Shown here: positions 59,011 to 64,000 of the stretch, piece after piece
Position numbering within the stretch: the first letter of the stretch is position 1
Layout: each line of letters starts with the position of its first letter
NCBI GenBank assembly: GCA_050287845.1
Contig: JBNKCR010000017.1
Coordinates: 64,001-128,000 of the forward strand
Origin: Polyangia bacterium
GTDB taxonomy: Bacteria; Myxococcota_A; Polyangia; JAAYKL01
Direction of reading: 5' to 3'
Length of the DNA stretch: 64,000 bases
The notes under the pieces: generated by a model
What the model saw: the letters and a program-made list of their open reading frames with translations, nothing else
Databases searched by the model: none
Told to the model about the DNA's origin: nothing
Position numbers and translations under genes: made by a program

Positions 59011-62000
59011 ATGAAATCTGAAACGTTCCAGGGGCTGTTCAATTACAGGTATCGGATTGAAAAAAAACTGGGGGAGGGTGCGCAGGGCGCCGTGCATCTG
59101 GTAACGGATACGGTGACGAACCGGCAGGTGGCCATCAAGGTGTTACATGTGGGACAGAGTGACCAGTGGCAGACCCTCTTTCGCCATGAGTTTGAAATTC
59201 TGGCGGATTTGTCCCATCCGAATCTGGCACAGGTGCACGACTTCGGGGTGACGTCGGAAGGTCAGGTGTTTTTCACCCGCGATTATATTCCGGGCAATGA
59301 TTTGCTGGCAGCCACTTCGGCCGCAGGCGGTGATGATGCCATCGGTACGGCCATCTGCGCACGGGGATTTGTGGCGGTATGTGTTCAGATGTGTCGCGCC
59401 CTGCGTCCGTTGCATCGAAGCGGGCTGATACATGGCGACATCAAACCGGGAAATCTGGTATTCGGAAAGACCCGGAAATCATCGGATGGGCGATGGCACA
59501 GCAGCGCATATCCCATTGATTTCTCCTTTGTCCGGGCGGCATCGGGGCAGGCGCCTCCCAGGGGAACCCTCCAGTACATTGCGCCGGAAATTCTGGCGCG
59601 CAAGCCGGTGGATGTGCGCGCGGATTTGTATGCCCTGGGCGCCACCATTTACGAGGCAGCCTGTGGCACGCCTCCCTTTGAACCCGACATCAGCGCCATC
59701 ATGGCGGCCCATCGCGAAGGGCGAAAGCCCGAGTGGCAGGTAACGCGAATCTGTGATGAGTCCGATGCGGAGCGGCGGATACTCAATGGTCTGGAAAGCA
59801 TTGTGCATCGGCTGCTGGCGTCCAATCCAAACGATCGGTTTCCGGACATTGATGAACTCGAAGCGGCGCTTACCGCGCTATGTCCCGATGCGGTGGCCGA
59901 GGATACCGAGAGTTATATACCGGGTAGAAATGTACTGACCGGCAGCGGCGGTCTCTCCGGGGACAGTATATCCGGCGAGGTGTTCGCCGCGATGCGGGAA
60001 TGCCTGGAAAAGCCGGCCGACAATGGGTTGTTTGTGGTGGAAGGGGAGGCGGGAGCCGGCCGCAGTGTGGTCAGAAAATCGGTGAAATGGCAGGCCCAGC
60101 TCCAGGGAATTCATGTGCTGGAGACTCATTTTTACGGGGATGCGGAGTGGTTTGCGTCCGTGCGTGAACTGCTGTTGCAGGCCGCCACTGTTATGGGGGG
60201 AACGCCGGACGAGCAGGAATGTCTGGAAGTGGCCACGCAGCTGGTGGAGTTCGGCAATACCCGCCTGGACTTTCATCGGGTGTCCTCCACGGTGATGTCA
60301 CTGATTCTGAAGGCATCGCAGATTCGTCCCATTCTGGTGACCATGGACAACCTGGACCGGGCCTGCGGTGAAATGTTGACCATTCTGCGCGGTCTGCTGG
60401 CGGTGAACCAGAAAGGGGCCCGAGTGGCGATTCTGGCCACCAGTGTGCCGGAATTTGATTGGCAGAACGCCTTGGGCACCGGCAGGGTGTATCACATCCG
60501 GCCTCTTGGCGAACCGGAAATTGCCAGGCTGGTGGAGCAGTATCTGTCGGTGGATGGCATGTTGCTGGCGCCCAAAATTCTGGAGCACACCGGTGGCAAT
60601 CCACTTTTTGTTACCCAACTGCTGCACAACTGTATCCTTACCGAAAAAAGTCCCGAAAGCGTTATTGATGACACGGTGGTGACGGATGTGGAATCTTACT
60701 GGCAGATGAGGTTGAGTGAACTCTCCAATCGGGAGCGGGTGTTGCTGCAGTCCATCGCCGTGCTCGGCCGGTACAGCGATTTGGCCACCATTCAGCACGT
60801 GGCCCATTTCGGCGCGGAAGCGGTGGCGACGGTGCATCACCTGGAACAGCAGCGATGGCTGAAGCAGCGGCATCAAACCTTTGGCATTCTTTCCACTTCT
60901 CTGGCCAATCAGATTCTCAGAACGTTGAGTGATGGAGAGTGGCGAGATTACTCGGCCCGGGCGTTTGAAGCGGAAACGGCGATGGAGCCGCGGCTGCTGC
61001 ACGCGGCGCGCATCGGACAGATTGATTTTTTAAACGCCCATGCCCTTCCCACGGTGCGGAAACTCGAACAGCAGGGGGCGTTGTCGATGGCATGCCGTGT
61101 CCTTCAGCAGATTGTGGAGTGTGACACCGGCGAACCCCTTCGCACCGAAGCCACTATTGCCTATGGCCGAAATCTGATAGCCATTGGAGAACTGGAACGG
61201 GCCAGACGGACACTTGTACCCCTTAAAGACAGTGATAATCCGCTGGTCCGTCAATCGGCGTTGCGGCTGCTGGGAAAAATTGCGGTGCAGCAATCGGCCC
61301 TCGACGACGCGACCCTGCTGCTGAAGGAAGCCCTCAATATCGACGGGTCGGTGAATATCTCGGCCAAGGTATACTTTGAACTGTGCGAGATTGAGTATCG
61401 CCGGGGCCGTCATCCCGAGGCCATCGAGTATGCCAACCGGGGCCTCGACCTGCTCGATGATGACGATCACCATCGTTGCAATTTATTGTGCAGCAAGGCC
61501 AAGGCCAGTGCGGCCCTGGGCAATCACGATGTGGCCATGCTGCTGGTGGATGAAGCGCAGGAGCTGGCCAGGGGACACCAGGAAAAACAGATGCTGGCCA
61601 TTGCCACCGACATTCGTTCGTGGGTGATAGGTCTGACCGGAAACATTGCCGAGGCCACCACAGAACTGGAAAAAGCCGCCGCGTTGTATCGGGAAATTGG
61701 CGATACGTCCCATCTGGCGCGATCGCTGCAGATTATTGGCAACAATTACTGGTGGCTCGAAAAATGGTCTCTGATGCTGAAAAACCACGAGGAGGCGCTT
61801 CATGTGGTGGCGTCTCTCGATAACCCGGTGGGACGGAATGAACAGCTGATTGCATACGGTTATGCCCTGATGTGTGTTGGCCGATTCGAAAAGGCCGGGC
61901 TGATATTTCAGCGGGCCCGGTCGGAAGCGGCGCGCATCGATGATCGGTTTCAGCAGGCGAAGCTTGCCGCATACGAGGGAAACTGGAACGCGTGGCAGGG

Positions 62001-64000
62001 ATATTATGACGAAGCGCTGATTCAGTGGAAAGAAGGCATTCAGCGGTTTGAACAACTGTCGGCCCATGCGGTGATTGCGGAACTGTCGCTGGAAATGGCG
62101 GGTGCGCTGATCTCCCGTAATTATTCGGCGGATTTATTGGCCGCGGAAAAATGGATTGAAAAGGCAAAGCGGACCCCAAGGGAAGACGAGGGTCGTCAGT
62201 TTGAATATCTGCTGATGTTGACTGAAGGGCGATTTCGAATAGCCAATGGCGGTTTTGAAGAAGGGGCCAGGATACTCAACGAACTGCTGAGCCGGCTATC
62301 GGAAGACCGGAACCAGGAGATGCACTGGCAGGCATCGTACTACCTGGCCGTTGCCCATCTGGATCGGGGTATGAAGCTGGTGGCGAGAAAGCAGTTGCGA
62401 CAGGCGGAAACGTCGCTCAATAGGCTGTCGGTGGGGTTGCCGACGGAACATCGGGTGTCTTTCTGGCAGGACACGAGGCGCGCCGCTGTGAAACGACATC
62501 TGGAACAGTTTTCCAGCGAGCAACTCTACGACAGTGCGCAGTTCGATGTGGCGGAAGAAGAGTCAAACGAAACCGCAAAGCTCTACAAAGTGCTGGAGTT
62601 CAACAAACGGATTTCAAGAGAGGCGAATGTCAACGTACTGACAGAGGAAATTCTGGATTCGGCCATAGAACTGACCGGTGCGGAGCGGGGATTTTTTCTG
62701 GCCAAAGGTCGGGATGGGATGGCTATTCGCGCTGCCAGACAGCTGCAGCCGGAAACCGATGATTCGCCGTTTTTTCAGTTCAGCACCTCTATCGCTGAAT
62801 CGGTTTTTCTCGACAATGAACCGGTGTTGACAACCGACGCCGCGAAAGATCCGAGGTTCAACGAATTTCTTTCCATTCATCACCTGCAAATCAGATCTGT
62901 CGCCTGTCTGCCTATCTCATTCCGGTCGGAAGTGCTGGGGGTGCTGTATCTGGAAAATAGATTGTCCCGGGGTAAGTTTGACCACGGCGACATGCGGGTG
63001 CTGGCCGCGTTTGCCGATCAGATGGCCATTGCCCTGGCCCATGCATCGGTGCTGGAAGAGAAGAACCGTATTCATGAACATCTGGAAGAAACGGCTACCC
63101 GTTTGAACGAAATGGTGGCGCAGCAATCGGAAGACCTGAAGTCGAAACAGGCCGGTCTGGACCTTGCCAATGAGCAGTTGCAGCGGATTCGAAATCGAAT
63201 TGCCACGTCGGGAAACTATCATGGTATGGTGGGGACTGGACCGGCGATGCAGAAGGTGTTTAAACTCATTGAGCGGGTGAAGGACACCGATATTCCGGTG
63301 GTGATCACCGGAAGAAGCGGCACCGGCAAGGATCTGGTGGCCCGGGTGATTCACGAGGCGGGAAAGCGAAGCAGTGGTCCCTTTGTGAGCCTGCCCTGCG
63401 GATCAATTCCCGAAACCCTGGTGGAATCCACATTGTTCGGATATCGGAAAGGCGCGTTTTCGGGCGCGCAACTGGACAATGCCGGCATTCTGGCAGCGGC
63501 ATGCGGTGGAACCCTGTATCTGGATGATGTGGCGGAAATGCCCCTGCGAATGCAGGTGGATTTGCTGCGGGTGCTGCAGGAAGGCGCGTACACCCCTCTT
63601 GGAGACCATCGCAAGTTCACCATTGATTTTCGCATACTCTGTTCCAGTAAACTGCCCCTCGAGCAGCTGGTGGAAACCGGGCGGCTGAGAGAAGATCTGT
63701 TCTATCGATTACAGGTGATCAGTATATCATTGCCAGATTTGAAAGATCGTCTCGAAGATGTTCCGTTTATTGCGGCCAACATCGCCAGAACCGAAGCGGG
63801 ACGTCTGGGGCTTCCCTGGTCCGGTTTCTCCCCGGATACCCTGACTCAATATTCCCGGAGGCCATGGCCAGGAAACATCAGAGAGCTGGAACAGGAGGTC
63901 CGTCGACAACTGATTGTGGGGAATCTGGATGACGGTCACGATTCCCTGAAAGATGAAACATCCGCATTGAAGGCGCCGATTTCCCGAACGCGGGAAAACG
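59011..64000 (+). CDS. Large Ser/Thr kinase-AAA-TPR-GAF-sigma54 activator fusion, 3'-truncated by the window edge
   Basis: Frame +1 from ATG 59011, translated by hand at several points with no stop seen: LGEGAQGAV, VAIK, HGDIKPGN, DFS, GTLQYIAPE; GEAGAGRS; GGNPLF; TPR helices; GAF; GRSGTGKD, GAFSGA, YLDDV, WPGNIREL. Confidence 0.9.
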   Translation, partial: MKSETFQGLFNYRYRIEKKLGEGAQGAVHLVTDTVTNRQVAIKVLHVGQSDQWQTLFRHEFEILADLSHPNLAQVHDFGVTSEGQVFFTRDYIPGNDLLAATSAAGGDDAIGTAICARGFVAVCVQMCRALRPLHRSGLIHGDIKPGNLVFGKTRKSSDGRWHSSAYPIDFSFVRAASGQAPPRGTLQYIAPEILARKPVDVRADLYALGATIYEAACGTPPFEPDISAIMAAHREGRKPEWQVTRICDESDAERRILNGLESIVHRLLASNPNDRFPDIDELEAALTALCPDAVAEDTESYIPGRNVLTGSGGLSGDSISGEVFAAMRECLEKPADNGLFVVEGEAGAGRSVVRKSVKWQAQLQGIHVLETHFYGDAEWFASVRELLLQAATVMGGTPDEQECLEVATQLVEFGNTRLDFHRVSSTVMSLILKASQIRPILVTMDNLDRACGEMLTILRGLLAVNQKGARVAILATSVPEFDWQNALGTGRVYHIRPLGEPEIARLVEQYLSVDGMLLAPKILEHTGGNPLFVTQLLHNCILTEKSPESVIDDTVVTDVESYWQMRLSELSNRERVLLQSIAVLGRYSDLATIQHVAHFGAEAVATVHHLEQQRWLKQRHQTFGILSTSLANQILRTLSDGEWRDYSARAFEAETAMEPRLLHAARIGQIDFLNAHALPTVRKLEQQGALSMACRVLQQIVECDTGEPLRTEATIAYGRNLIAIGELERARRTLVPLKDSDNPLVRQSALRLLGKIAVQQSALDDATLLLKEALNIDGSVNISAKVYFELCEIEYRRGRHPEAIEYANRGLDLLDDDDHHRCNLLCSKAKASAALGNHDVAMLLVDEAQELARGHQEKQMLAIATDIRSWVIGLTGNIAEATTELEKAAALYREIGDTSHLARSLQIIGNNYWWLEKWSLMLKNHEEALHVVASLDNPVGRNEQLIAYGYALMCVGRFEKAGLIFQRARSEAARIDDRFQQAKLAAYEGNWNAWQGYYDEALIQWKEGIQRFEQLSAHAVIAELSLEMAGALISRNYSADLLAAEKWIEKAKRTPREDEGRQFEYLLMLTEGRFRIANGGFEEGARILNELLSRLSEDRNQEMHWQASYYLAVAHLDRGMKLVARKQLRQAETSLNRLSVGLPTEHRVSFWQDTRRAAVKRHLEQFSSEQLYDSAQFDVAEEESNETAKLYKVLEFNKRISREANVNVLTEEILDSAIELTGAERGFFLAKGRDGMAIRAARQLQPETDDSPFFQFSTSIAESVFLDNEPVLTTDAAKDPRFNEFLSIHHLQIRSVACLPISFRSEVLGVLYLENRLSRGKFDHGDMRVLAAFADQMAIALAHASVLEEKNRIHEHLEETATRLNEMVAQQSEDLKSKQAGLDLANEQLQRIRNRIATSGNYHGMVGTGPAMQKVFKLIERVKDTDIPVVITGRSGTGKDLVARVIHEAGKRSSGPFVSLPCGSIPETLVESTLFGYRKGAFSGAQLDNAGILAAACGGTLYLDDVAEMPLRMQVDLLRVLQEGAYTPLGDHRKFTIDFRILCSSKLPLEQLVETGRLREDLFYRLQVISISLPDLKDRLEDVPFIAANIARTEAGRLGLPWSGFSPDTLTQYSRRPWPGNIRELEQEVRRQLIVGNLDDGHDSLKDETSALKAPISRTREN

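Noticed and set aside
59143..63939. Many short ORFs suggesting a decayed or gene-poor region
   Set aside because: Explained by one long frame +1 gene that lacks a stop in the window and was therefore omitted from the ORF track

Overview
64-kb window from a GC-rich bacterium with a Myxococcota/delta-proteobacterial gene repertoire (inferred from FHA- and kinase-fused sigma54 activators, many Cys-rich Asp/Thr/Ser-repeat lipoproteins, DUF4175). 1-4.4 kb is the AT-richer end of a defence island: type I R-M hsdM (partial)-hsdS, a RES-domain putative effector, an orphan gene and a palindrome-rich boundary. 4.7-18.8 kb is one co-directional run: FHA-GAF-sigma54 activator, two lipoproteins, a ccsA/hemX-like gene and hemA-C-D-B-L-E-N-Y, with an unannotated 31-codon ORF coupled between hemC and hemD. 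Next come a DUF4175/TPR-metallopeptidase/beta-barrel operon divergent from a MinD-J-HTH pseudo-ATPase, a ~1420-aa double-activase protein with the architecture of the anaerobic ether-lipid/plasmalogen enzymes (PlsAR/Ger), a His-less Fic protein, two site-2 proteases, an SPFH protein, dapB, efpL(yeiP), a Ser/Thr kinase-PP2C pair, bioF-bioD, alr and an ovothiol pair (ovoA plus a PatB-type C-S lyase). The window ends in a >1660-aa kinase-AAA-TPR-GAF-sigma54 fusion that runs off the edge and is absent from the ORF track. No tRNA, rRNA, CRISPR array, integrase or transposase was seen. All family calls come from motif recognition by eye; no database searches were run.
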